Shown here in pieces: positions 20,944 to 30,076 of a stretch of 64,000 nucleotides of DNA (position 1 is its first letter; the number at the start of each line of letters is the position of its first letter). Position numbers and translations under genes: made by a program. Source of the stretch: a virus. The stretch lies in the IMG/VR virus record IMGVR_UViG_3300029788_000157; one strand, 5' to 3'. The notes beneath the pieces were generated by a model. The model saw nothing but the letters and a program-made list of their open reading frames with translations, was not told the origin of the DNA and searched no databases.

Positions 20944-21747
20944 TTACATAGATTTAAGGTTTTTTAGAATCCATGCTATAACATCTACCGTCCAACCATT
21001 TCCACACAATTCCACTCTTTTTGAAGCAGATTTTACACATTCAGTAAAGCCATCTGGTAGTGTCTGCAATCTTTCAGCTTCAATAGGGTGTATTTTTCTA
21101 AATGAATATTCACCAAGATAAATATTATTTTTGTCATTACCAGAAGAAGGCAGCGTATTCATCTTGATAGTATTATATCTGGCTCTATTTTGTTGTGAAT
21201 AATTTCCTTTTCCGCTTGTATCCCAACTAACAATAGTGTTATCCCTATTAAATCTAATTGTATCTTTGTATTTCTCAAAGCTTTTAATATCATGTTTGCA
21301 TGAATACTCAATATCTTTAATAACTTTATCAGAATGTGGATACTCTTTTGAAAATGGTATATTAGTCCAATACAACCTTTTTCGCATTTGAGCAGAAAAC
21401 TCCATTGAATTTATTTCAACAGGTTCAACCTGTAATCTTTTGGAAATTTCATTTTGAATATCTTTAGATATTGAAGAATTGTTTTCATATAAAAAATACT
21501 CGCAATGGCTTTCATTCAATGCCCTTACAAACTGCATAAACAACTTGAATCCCATGCCATCACAAGTAACCTCTCTATCTGCTCCTCCTCTTGCAATACT
21601 CCAGTATGTACATGGACTTCCACCAATCAGCAAATCAAATCCCTGATATTGCGTGAAATCTCCTTCAAATACATCTCCTAAATATTCATCAGATGGATAA
21701 TTATATTTCGCTACAGCATTGGCAGCTTCTTCTATTTCATACGACAC
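20944..21747 (-). CDS. dcm: DNA (cytosine-5)-methyltransferase (annotated from GTG; conserved motif I lies upstream, see findings)
   Basis: GGSPCTYWS is motif IV (PC box) and YFLYEN the ENV-like motif. The frame continues upstream to ~21876 and encodes VLSLFNGISCGRVALERAGI (motif I), but no in-frame ATG/GTG/TTG occurs there. Confidence 0.6.
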   Translation of the reverse strand: MSYEIEEAANAVAKYNYPSDEYLGDVFEGDFTQYQGFDLLIGGSPCTYWSIARGGADREVTCDGMGFKLFMQFVRALNESHCEYFLYENNSSISKDIQNEISKRLQVEPVEINSMEFSAQMRKRLYWTNIPFSKEYPHSDKVIKDIEYSCKHDIKSFEKYKDTIRFNRDNTIVSWDTSGKGNYSQQNRARYNTIKMNTLPSSGNDKNNIYLGEYSFRKIHPIEAERLQTLPDGFTECVKSASKRVELCGNGWTVDVIAWILKNLKSM

Positions 21748-21854
21748 ATATCTCTCTACTGGAATACCAGCTCTTTCTAAAGCAACTCTTCCGCATGATA
21801 TTCCATTGAATAAACTTAATACTGTAATCCCCTTATCTGGAATTACTCTTTTAT

Positions 21855-21912
21855 GTTGGGTGGCTTCCTTATTTTAAATACTTTGTAGTATTCATTTATT
21901 TAGCCACCCAAC
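21855..21912 (-). promoter_or_regulatory. 11-bp-stem hairpin (GTTGGGTGGCT..AGCCACCCAAC) enclosing a small uORF and sequestering the 5' end of the C5-MTase reading frame
   Basis: Perfect inverted repeat; the second arm begins the motif-I-encoding frame. Confidence 0.4.
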
Positions 21913-22017
21913 ATTTTTATATTATTCTCAAACGAAAGGAGCTTATTTTATGCTTTTTGAACCTCATAAAAGAGTAATTTTATGTGTACTCAAAGTCCTT
22001 ATTTTAAAGCTTTAAAA

Positions 22018-22040
22018 GGTATAACCTTAATAGTTTGCAT
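22018..22040 (-). promoter_or_regulatory. motif A upstream of the structured leader of the C5-MTase
   Basis: ggtataaccttaatagtttgcat. Confidence 0.4.
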
Positions 22041-22548
22041 AGCAACTAAGTTTTTTTTGTACCTTTTTCTTTAATTGTCTTTCATATCGTTCTGACACAT
22101 TCATCAGAACTGCAATTTCTCTACCTTTCAGTCCTTTTAAAAGATAATGAACTAATGTTTGTTCCTGTTCGTTTAAAACACCAAGAAGATATTCGCAATG
22201 CATATTTCCTATCACATCATCAATGACAGATTTAGAGTCAGCAAATGTCTCAGCGAAACTTTCTTCTCCCTCACTATCTGTTGATGCATCGTAAGATAGT
22301 ATGTTTTCCTCTGGAATACTCCTTTTTAAACTAATAGCTCTCCAATAATCATTAATTACGTTCTGCATACAAGAATACGCATATGTTGAAAATGTATTCT
22401 CATTCTCTGAAGAATAAGAAGTTGCTGCATTACATAACCCTATCGCAAGTAATCCATAATAATCTTCAACTACTAAATTTCTCTTTTTTGCAAAATCATA
22501 AATAAGATTATGATTTTCCTCTGCTAATTTTTGCTCTTTTTCTGTCAT
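22027..22548 (-). CDS. sigma-70 family sigma factor
   Basis: Region-2-like YSCMQNVINDYWR and region-4 HTH REIAVLMNVSERYERQLKKK. Confidence 0.65.
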   Translation of the reverse strand: MTEKEQKLAEENHNLIYDFAKKRNLVVEDYYGLLAIGLCNAATSYSSENENTFSTYAYSCMQNVINDYWRAISLKRSIPEENILSYDASTDSEGEESFAETFADSKSVIDDVIGNMHCEYLLGVLNEQEQTLVHYLLKGLKGREIAVLMNVSERYERQLKKKVQKKLSCYANY

Positions 22549-22567
22549 TGATATTCTACCTTTCTTG

Positions 22568-22849
22568 CTATTTTATTGTGTACACCGCAACATTCCTTAA
22601 ACTGATTTCATCAAATCGCTTTCCGATAATAATAACTCTTCCATCGTCAACCAGTTCTGTCAGTCGAGGTGCTGTAGCTTGTCTTTCGTTGCTTCTTAAC
22701 AAGCCTTGATTATAAAGAATAACCGCTACTTCTCTTGCTGTCAGCCCATTTTCTTTATTATCATGTAAAGTTGACAGAATTAAATTATACAATCCATTTC
22801 TATCCAATTTTTCAAGACTTTCAAATCTTGTATCGGTTGTAATTGACAA
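22568..22849 (-). CDS. winged-helix DNA-binding protein
   Basis: 93 aa with an HTH-like segment LTAREVAVILYNQGLL. Confidence 0.4.
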   Translation of the reverse strand: MSITTDTRFESLEKLDRNGLYNLILSTLHDNKENGLTAREVAVILYNQGLLRSNERQATAPRLTELVDDGRVIIIGKRFDEISLRNVAVYTIK

Positions 22850-22861
22850 CTTTATACCTCC

Positions 22862-23620
22862 TTAAATTGCAACAGGTAAATCATTCGGTGTATAAACTGG
22901 CATTGGTTTTAGCTTGAAAATATTCTTCTTATGCATAGAGTCAATCTTATGTTTGATATTTTCATCTTCACATTCACCTGTTCTGATATATCTGTTAAGT
23001 ATTGCATATGAAAATCCCAAATTATCTTCATCTGTAAGTCCACACAAGCCATCAATCGGAACTTTTCTTGTCAACTCTTTAGGTAATCCAAGATACTCTC
23101 CAATAGCAATTACTTCATCTGTTGTAAGCAGAGATAATGGACTAAAATCACCAGCTCCATCACCGTAACGTGTAGCGTATCCAACCCAATCTTCACTAAG
23201 GTTACAAGTATTTGCCACTCTGCCATTTAAAGTCTGTGCAATAGCATATAATGTAACCATTCTAATTCTTGCTGGAAGATTAGTGCTTGTCTGCATACTC
23301 CAATGGTCACACAATTGAGGTTTGATTTCATGTTTCAATGATTTAATTGCCCCATGAATGTCCACCGTATAGTTTTCAATACCAAGATGTTCAACAAGTT
23401 TGTATGCCATATCAATATCTGACTGTTCACCATTTGGCATAAGAACACCAATCACTCTATCTTTTCCCAGAGCTGCTACACATAATGCAGCAACTACGCT
23501 TGAATCTTTACCACCTGAAATACCCACAACAGCATTACAACCATTTCCATTAAGTGAAAACCAGTCCTGAATCCATGCGATAATTTCTTTTGTTGTCTTT
23601 TCTACATTAAATTTATACAT
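22862..23620 (-). CDS. nadE: NH3-dependent NAD+ synthetase
   Basis: GISGGKDSSVVAALCV PP-loop; ~250 aa. Confidence 0.8.
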   Translation of the reverse strand: MYKFNVEKTTKEIIAWIQDWFSLNGNGCNAVVGISGGKDSSVVAALCVAALGKDRVIGVLMPNGEQSDIDMAYKLVEHLGIENYTVDIHGAIKSLKHEIKPQLCDHWSMQTSTNLPARIRMVTLYAIAQTLNGRVANTCNLSEDWVGYATRYGDGAGDFSPLSLLTTDEVIAIGEYLGLPKELTRKVPIDGLCGLTDEDNLGFSYAILNRYIRTGECEDENIKHKIDSMHKKNIFKLKPMPVYTPNDLPVAI

Positions 23621-23680
23621 TCTGTACTTTCCTTTCTATTCAATTTGAGGTGGACTTTCATCCACCTCACTAACAGTTGC

Positions 23681-24208
23681 TTAACCTAAATCATATCTCC
23701 AAATTTCTACATCTACAGAAGATTTACCAAACACATCCTGAATAATTTTATACACATCATTCCAATTTGCACCACCTCTATAGCTTCCAATTCGATATGG
23801 CATAGCAACTGTCGCTCCAATCTTTTCAGCTTTCTCACGAATATCCAAGAAAGCCATTTTCATTGCAGTTAAATCAGTCTGCTGCTCATCCATACCAAAA
23901 TTCTTCTGACCAAAAAGATTGACAATATACTGATACTTAGAATCATATGCTTCAACATTTTCATTCTTCATAGTATCAACCATTACCATAGCCCATGTAT
24001 CAACTGGAACATACTGAACTGTTCCAAGCATTTCAATTTTATTCTTATTACAATGCTTCACATATTTAACATATGCCTTTTCAACATGAGGGTATCTGTC
24101 GGCTACCTGTGCTGCTACACCGCTTCCCATGACACCTAAACAATTTGTCTGGTGTACGATAAAATTTGCATCTGAATCAAAAAGATTTCCATTGATGTTT
24201 TTAATCAT
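23681..24208 (-). CDS. macro domain (ADP-ribose binding/processing) protein
   Basis: Start MIKNINGNLFDSDANFIVHQTNCLGVMGSGVAAQ matches the macro-domain N-terminus; start placed at the internal Met to remove overlap with nadV. Confidence 0.5.
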   Translation of the reverse strand: MIKNINGNLFDSDANFIVHQTNCLGVMGSGVAAQVADRYPHVEKAYVKYVKHCNKNKIEMLGTVQYVPVDTWAMVMVDTMKNENVEAYDSKYQYIVNLFGQKNFGMDEQQTDLTAMKMAFLDIREKAEKIGATVAMPYRIGSYRGGANWNDVYKIIQDVFGKSSVDVEIWRYDLG

Positions 24209-24221
24209 TTTTATCCCTTTC

Positions 24222-25976
24222 TTAGAATCCTTTGCTTTCTGCATGGATGCTATTTCTGATTTCATTTAATGTCTGGTTACGAACAACCTTACCATTAAGG
24301 AATACAGTCTCAAGCATATTAATATCAGACTCTTTCACATCATCTGTTACAACCTGACCCTTTTGGATTCCATCAATATATTTGATTTCTCCATCTTTGT
24401 TACGATATACTCTGACCATACCCTTCTGAGATTTCTTAACACCATCACCTGTTTTCGGGTCTTTATAAACCAAAATAGGTTTACCATTGATTTCAGCATA
24501 TGTAGCTTTATAAGCCCAGCCCTGTGTATCTCTTGTGTTATACTGGAAACTGTAAGAACCAGCACCAAATACTACATTTTCAACTGCATAGCCAAGGTTA
24601 GTCATATGATTACAAATGCTTTCACATCTTTCAAGTGTAATAGCATCTCCGTACACCATTCCAATATGAGGGTCTAATACTTTATACCCCTTAGAGTTTA
24701 TAGTTCCACCGAAAATCTCCCAAAGAATATCCAGTGTTCCTCTCTCTTCAATAGTGGCATCACGATATGTGAATGTGTCGTTTTCACCATCATTAGACCA
24801 TGTAGCAATATATTTCTTATTTCCAATCTCAAGGTAAATTGGAACAAGCTGTCCAGACGTATCTGTTTCATTGCAATAAAGTGACTGCATCATTGGACTT
24901 CTGGTATAGTAAGATTCAAATGCTTCTTTACTTTCATGGGCTTTCCACATTGGGGCAATACCACAAATAATCTCTTCTGGGTCACCGCTGTCAGGTCTAA
25001 TATTGATTCTGCCTGTATGATTAAGAATTACATCCTTATTTTTTCTAACAATATTGTCAACAAAATTCCAGTAATCATAACTGTCTGCCACAAAGCTGAA
25101 AGGTTTATTTGGATAAAGCTCTTTACACATTCTTACAAAAAATGTTTCTTCATCTCCATCTACTGCATAATTGCTTGTAGTACAAGAATGTTCAACAGAT
25201 GCAGACCAGCTTCCAACATCCTCATTTTCAACATCAGCTCCATAGTAATCACAAAGATACTGAATTGAAGGGATTGTAGATGTTTTATCGAAGCTTGTTA
25301 AAAATGCAGCTCCGCTTGTAATAGCAGCATCAAGACTAGCCATACCTCTAAAAGAAAAATCGCCACAACCAACTCTCTTCCAATTCGGATTGTCAGATGT
25401 TAAAACAATATATTTTTCAATAATCTTTCTGTAAATATAAGCTCTTGTTGCTGTTGTTGTAGGTAACCATAAATTACAAGAAAATAATGTCTCAAGATAA
25501 TTTGTTACCCATGCAAAATCAGGATGTGTATTTTCGACTGTACAACAAGGTACTCTATATGGTACTTTTGTACCTTCTGGCAAAGCCTTAATCTCAATCG
25601 GGAGATAGCCAAGTTTATGAAGTGCTTCAATATGTTCTGTATGAGCATTTTCATCAAATGTATTATGGATATACAATTTATACTCATTAAGCACTTCGTC
25701 TAACGGTCTATCAAAGAAATATTCATTAAACTGTTTTACCAAATATTCCTTAATAAATCCCTGTAATCCAAACCAGATTACAAATTTGCTCTGAGGAAAG
25801 AATTTATTACTACGTGGTGTCCAAGTGGAATACATCATTGTCATTCCATCTGGGTACATAGCCCGATGTGCAATTTTATAAAAATCGCATAATAACATCA
25901 TATTCTTCATTTTACTTATCCTCCTTACAATGGCATCCACAACCGCAATCACACACGTTCTCAGCATAATCAACAT
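24222..25976 (-). CDS. nadV: nicotinamide phosphoribosyltransferase-family protein (NadV/NAMPT or Namat-like)
   Basis: LCDFYKIAH and GYLPIEIKALPEGTKVP...VENTHPDFAWVTNYLETL align with NAMPT signature segments. Likely start is the ATG at 25910, 1 nt after the prs stop. Confidence 0.7.
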   Translation of the reverse strand: MLIMLRTCVIAVVDAIVRRISKMKNMMLLCDFYKIAHRAMYPDGMTMMYSTWTPRSNKFFPQSKFVIWFGLQGFIKEYLVKQFNEYFFDRPLDEVLNEYKLYIHNTFDENAHTEHIEALHKLGYLPIEIKALPEGTKVPYRVPCCTVENTHPDFAWVTNYLETLFSCNLWLPTTTATRAYIYRKIIEKYIVLTSDNPNWKRVGCGDFSFRGMASLDAAITSGAAFLTSFDKTSTIPSIQYLCDYYGADVENEDVGSWSASVEHSCTTSNYAVDGDEETFFVRMCKELYPNKPFSFVADSYDYWNFVDNIVRKNKDVILNHTGRINIRPDSGDPEEIICGIAPMWKAHESKEAFESYYTRSPMMQSLYCNETDTSGQLVPIYLEIGNKKYIATWSNDGENDTFTYRDATIEERGTLDILWEIFGGTINSKGYKVLDPHIGMVYGDAITLERCESICNHMTNLGYAVENVVFGAGSYSFQYNTRDTQGWAYKATYAEINGKPILVYKDPKTGDGVKKSQKGMVRVYRNKDGEIKYIDGIQKGQVVTDDVKESDINMLETVFLNGKVVRNQTLNEIRNSIHAESKGF

Positions 25977-26847
25977 TCATAGCAAACACAGTTACATTTT
26001 CATCACTCTTAAAAGGATAAATGCTATCTGTTGTGAACACATGGTCAATCAGCTTTCTGTGCTGAGTTGTTCCAAAAATACTTTTCTTTTCATAGTCCAC
26101 TGTAAGAAGATTCATTTTATCGTCACCAAACTGACCATCATAAATACTCTTTTCACAATGAGAAACAAACAGATAAATGTTTCTTGCTCCCATCTCTTTC
26201 AATTTCTTTGCTGCATAATAGAAAGTTCCACCCTTACTACAAATATCATCACGAATAAGAATATCTCTTCCTTTAATATCTTCAGGTTTAATCCCCATAA
26301 CATCTAATCCAAGAATCCGACCTGTTTCCCATTCTCTCTTCTTAACACCAAATGCATACGGAATCTTAATCCCTTTGGAATATCTCTTCATAGCCCCCTC
26401 ATCAGGGAAAAACATAATCGGTGTAATACCATCGTGAATCAACATATCAAGCACGTTGCTCACAAAAATATTAGTATTGATTACATTGCAATTCTTGATA
26501 GTTGCTGCTACAACACTTGAATGTGGGTCAACTACAAATACTCTGTCAAAATTCAGAGAATTAATCATTTCTGCAAAATACTTCATAGCAAAAATATCAT
26601 TTGGCTCTTCGATTCTGTCCATTCTTGCGTTAGGTACATATGGAAGGAAAAGAGATACATTCATTCCATGTGCCTGATAGAATTTTGTTAAAAATGAAAC
26701 TGCTACAAACTCAGCATCATCCTCATAATTCCAAGTAATAACAACTGTTTCTCCCTGTAAGCTAACATCACCTTTTACATTTGCTGTTCCATCAGGAAAT
26801 CTCTTTACTTCAACTTCTTTTCCATTTACTCTAATCATAATCTTCAC
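25912..26847 (-). CDS. prs: ribose-phosphate pyrophosphokinase-family protein (Prs or ADPR-pyrophosphokinase Adps-like)
   Basis: Prs-like segments FLPYVPNARMDR, DRVFVVDPHS and a PRPP-binding loop; unusual Cys-rich C-terminus CDCGCGCHC. Confidence 0.7.
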   Translation of the reverse strand: MKIMIRVNGKEVEVKRFPDGTANVKGDVSLQGETVVITWNYEDDAEFVAVSFLTKFYQAHGMNVSLFLPYVPNARMDRIEEPNDIFAMKYFAEMINSLNFDRVFVVDPHSSVVAATIKNCNVINTNIFVSNVLDMLIHDGITPIMFFPDEGAMKRYSKGIKIPYAFGVKKREWETGRILGLDVMGIKPEDIKGRDILIRDDICSKGGTFYYAAKKLKEMGARNIYLFVSHCEKSIYDGQFGDDKMNLLTVDYEKKSIFGTTQHRKLIDHVFTTDSIYPFKSDENVTVFAMNVDYAENVCDCGCGCHCKEDK

Positions 26848-26860
26848 CTTTCTTTTTTGA

Positions 26861-26880
26861 TATATAACCTTAACAGATAT
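26861..26880 (-). promoter_or_regulatory. motif A upstream of the prs-like gene
   Basis: tatataaccttaacagatat. Confidence 0.4.
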
Positions 26881-26889
26881 GACTGTTAT

Positions 26890-27525
26890 TTAGTTTTCAT
26901 TTGCCTGTGTGGATTCATCTGTATCTGCCTTTGCTTCCGTTGTTTCTGTAGATTCTGAATTTTCTCCATAATGTCTACCAATTACATCAACCTGACAGCT
27001 TGCCATTGTTCTAAGAGCTGCATTATGAGCTTTAATACTTGTACCAGCACAACAATGACTATCAACTTTAATTACTGTATTTGGCATAGCAGTTCTTAAA
27101 CCAATGGCATTTGCTACAACACAAATATCTGTGCATACTCCACAAAGTTCGATTTCATCACTACTACTGCACACCTGAGAAAGAATTGCAATCAAATCTT
27201 TGCTTGCAAATGTATTTTTATCAACTACACCTACATACTTTTTCTGTTTGCGAAGCATCTGAACAGCTTCCCAAACATCCTTGTTGATACTTTCTCCACC
27301 AGATTTTTTAATACAATGTGGTACAGGAAGTTTCTTGCCTTCAAGAGTATCCAGATAATTGTCATAATGAATATCTCTTGTCAGATAAATAGAATCATAA
27401 TCCTTTCCGTATTTCTTCAGCTTTTTTACAAGCTTTGGCACAATGGCTTTTGTCTCGTCATTTCCTAACGCACCATCAATAAAGTCATTCTGCACATCCA
27501 CTACAACCAAAATCTTTTTGTTCAT
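26890..27525 (-). CDS. pncA: isochorismatase-family hydrolase, nicotinamidase-like
   Basis: VVVDVQNDF and GVCTDICV (catalytic Cys) motifs; 211 aa. Confidence 0.55.
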   Translation of the reverse strand: MNKKILVVVDVQNDFIDGALGNDETKAIVPKLVKKLKKYGKDYDSIYLTRDIHYDNYLDTLEGKKLPVPHCIKKSGGESINKDVWEAVQMLRKQKKYVGVVDKNTFASKDLIAILSQVCSSSDEIELCGVCTDICVVANAIGLRTAMPNTVIKVDSHCCAGTSIKAHNAALRTMASCQVDVIGRHYGENSESTETTEAKADTDESTQANEN

Positions 27526-27576
27526 AGTTTTAACTCCTTTACATTCATATTATCGTTGATTATGATTAACCAACAG

Positions 27577-27660
27577 TGCTGGTGATGGGATTCGAACCCA
27601 CACGTTGTTTCCAACAATAGATTTTGAGTCTACCTTGTCTGCCAGTTCCAACACACCAGC
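27577..27660 (-). tRNA. tRNA-Leu (anticodon CAA), long variable arm
   Basis: Hand-folded: acceptor GCTGGTG/CACCAGC, anticodon loop CTCAAAA, T-loop TTCGAAT. Confidence 0.6.
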
Positions 27661-27664
27661 TTAG

Positions 27665-27737
27665 TGTGCCATATGGGATTTGAACCCATGACCCTTTGAT
27701 TAAAAGTCAAATGCTCTACCAACTGAGCTAATGGCAC
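27665..27737 (-). tRNA. tRNA-Lys (anticodon TTT)
   Basis: Hand-folded: acceptor GTGCCAT/ATGGCAC, D-arm GCTCAGTTGGTAGAGC, anticodon loop CTTTTAA. Confidence 0.6.
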
Positions 27738-28027
27738 ATATCCATAATGACCTTTCATAACATTATGGCGATTTGAGCGATTTCCATTTCTGTTTCATAA
27801 GAATTTTCAGATATTCTCTTATCTTACTTTTTTACTTGAATTATATATCATTTCAAATTCTAAGCTATCTTATAACGGTACTGTGTCTGGGGCTACTCCA
27901 GAGCTGCTAATTTAATAGCTGTCTAATTATCAGTGACACTCCTTTAGTTTTACGTTTCATTCGGGCTTTTGCTCCAATTCTTAATAATGCACACCATATA
28001 GGCGAAACGACAGGTTTTGATATTTAA

Positions 28028-28099
28028 CTGGGGTAATCGGATTCGAACCGATGTATGCAGCAGTCAAAGTGCTGTGCCTTACCGCTTGGCGATACCCCA
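28028..28099 (-). tRNA. tRNA-Gln (anticodon TTG)
   Basis: Hand-folded: acceptor TGGGGTA/TACCCCA, anticodon loop CTTTGAC. Confidence 0.6.
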
Positions 28100-28396
28100 A
28101 TGGGTAGATACAGTTTAACCTATAATTAGTAGCTAATCTAATTATGTTCTCCTACTGTCTAAAGGATGCACATTTTCATTTTAACCCACGCATTGTCTGC
28201 ATTTACAACACTTGAACACTGACGCAGTTCCTTACGCTATCTTCAATATAGCTGTTTATGTTTCTCCAGTGGCGAACTGGCAATGGTTAGCCAACCCATA
28301 TATAATGAAAATAGTCTAAGCGTTAGATAGATTGCTCTATCCGCTGGAATCGTACCAGCCCATCAACTATTGTTGAATCGAACCTCGCTTATTTCG

Positions 28397-28418
28397 TGTA
28401 TAACCTTAATAGTTATAT
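28397..28418 (-). promoter_or_regulatory. motif A at the head of the minus-strand tRNA operon, abutting the IS right end
   Basis: tgtataaccttaatagttatat. Confidence 0.45.
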
Positions 28419-28547
28419 TGTTAAAAGAAATTTTGTTTTCTATCTCTTAACTTGTGTTTAGTATAGCATATTCGTTTCTACTTGTCAACAACTTTTTTAA
28501 AGTTTTTATCACTTATTTATGTTGTTGTAAAATAGTTACCGTTCCTG

Positions 28548-29849
28548 TTATTTTACAAAATTAACTGATTTCGCTATGTTCTTTGCTGCATTAAAATCCG
28601 CATTTTCTTCATGACCACATTTAAGACATCTAAAATAAGATTGACCCTTTTCATTTTTGGGTCTATTCTTTTCATCCACATATCCACAACAACTACAGGT
28701 CTGAGAAGTATAATGTGGGTCTATTTTTCTAACCTCAATGCCATACTTATTTGCTTTGTATGTAATAAAAGACTGTAATTGATAATACGACCATCCTTTT
28801 AAAAATTTATTTACATTTTTACCTTTTGTAATTCCAGACAAATCTTCTATGTTAATATATTTAGCTTTGTTTTTTAAAGCAAAATCAATTACTTGTTTAC
28901 TAATATAATGATTATATGATTGAACCCAATTTCTTTCATAATCAGTAAACTTATCCATTGTTTTTAATTTTCTTTTTCTGCCATGACCACCTTTAGTCAT
29001 TTTAAGATTTGTCTGTAATCTACTCTTTTGATGTTGAATTTTTGTTTTTACTCGCATAAAATCATTTACACTACCAATATATTTTCGTGAATAATCATTT
29101 ATATTTAATCCACAAACCGCTGGTATTGCAATACCAACATCCACTCCAACTACCACATTTTCATCTAATTCCCTCTTTTCTTTTGGAATATCCATAGAAA
29201 GATTTAAAATAATTTTTCTTCCATCAATTTCTATAGAACTACTACAAACCTTATAATATTCTTCGAAAATCATTTGTATTTCGTGTCTAAGTGAAGCAGA
29301 TTTTTTCACATTTCCCAAAATTAATTTAAACGTAATATTATTAGCAAATTTAATAAACACTTCCAAATCTTTGTTATCTAAATGTTCCAAAAATTCTGCA
29401 TGATTTTTATAATTATGATATAAACCAGAATCACGATGCGGATTGTTGCTTCTTAAACGAACATAATCAACATGAATCAAAAGCGGATTATCACTTCTAT
29501 ATGTAGGTAAAGAGACTTTTCCATACATTAACCCATTTTTACAAGATTGTTTAAAATCCTGTTTTACTTTCATAGATAAACTTGAAGCAACTGGCAAACC
29601 TTTTGGAAATACAATATCTTGTGAATACGCAGAACCTTTTTTACTATTTGAAATTCTGCCATATAACTGATTCAATTCTTTTCTATCTTCTTTACTAGCT
29701 TTATTTAATTCTGCTAAATATAACGCAGACATATATTCATTCATAGCTTTATTTTGAGAAATCATACCTTCTCTTATATAATTAAAAACTCTATTTACTT
29801 CATCATTATTACCAACTATTAATAATTGAATTTTTCTTGTTAAAATCAT
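28548..29849 (-). CDS. tnpB: TnpB (IS605 OrfB) RNA-guided endonuclease-like protein
   Basis: RuvC-I VGVDVGIAIPAV; C-terminal HYTSQTCSCCG...FRCLKCGHEENADFNAAKNIA zinc finger plus RuvC-III. Confidence 0.85.
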   Translation of the reverse strand: MILTRKIQLLIVGNNDEVNRVFNYIREGMISQNKAMNEYMSALYLAELNKASKEDRKELNQLYGRISNSKKGSAYSQDIVFPKGLPVASSLSMKVKQDFKQSCKNGLMYGKVSLPTYRSDNPLLIHVDYVRLRSNNPHRDSGLYHNYKNHAEFLEHLDNKDLEVFIKFANNITFKLILGNVKKSASLRHEIQMIFEEYYKVCSSSIEIDGRKIILNLSMDIPKEKRELDENVVVGVDVGIAIPAVCGLNINDYSRKYIGSVNDFMRVKTKIQHQKSRLQTNLKMTKGGHGRKRKLKTMDKFTDYERNWVQSYNHYISKQVIDFALKNKAKYINIEDLSGITKGKNVNKFLKGWSYYQLQSFITYKANKYGIEVRKIDPHYTSQTCSCCGYVDEKNRPKNEKGQSYFRCLKCGHEENADFNAAKNIAKSVNFVK

Positions 29850-30048
29850 TTTTATTTCCTTCTATTTTATATCTCTTAAAGTCTTGATGATTACTCTAGG
29901 TCTGGCAGCAATTTGATACCTATGTAATTTTATATATATCTTAAAGGTCAAAATTTACATAGAATAAAACTACATAGATTTTAGTGAGTAGATATACTCT
30001 CACTTTTTGGCAGTCAAATCTACCAAACAGATATATTCTGTTATTGTT

Positions 30049-30076
30049 CTACTTGTTGTTATAAACAACAAGTAGC
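30049..30076. repeat. perfect 12-bp-stem palindrome CTACTTGTTGTT-ATAA-AACAACAAGTAG (candidate IS200/605 subterminal hairpin, left end)
   Basis: Exact inverted repeat ~200 bp upstream of the tnpB start. Confidence 0.5.

Noticed and set aside
28255-28385. Possible additional minus-strand tRNA between tRNA-Gln and the IS (T-loop-like GGTTCGATTC)
   Set aside because: No consistent acceptor/anticodon arms could be folded by hand. More likely part of the IS right end or omega-RNA, or a decayed tRNA.
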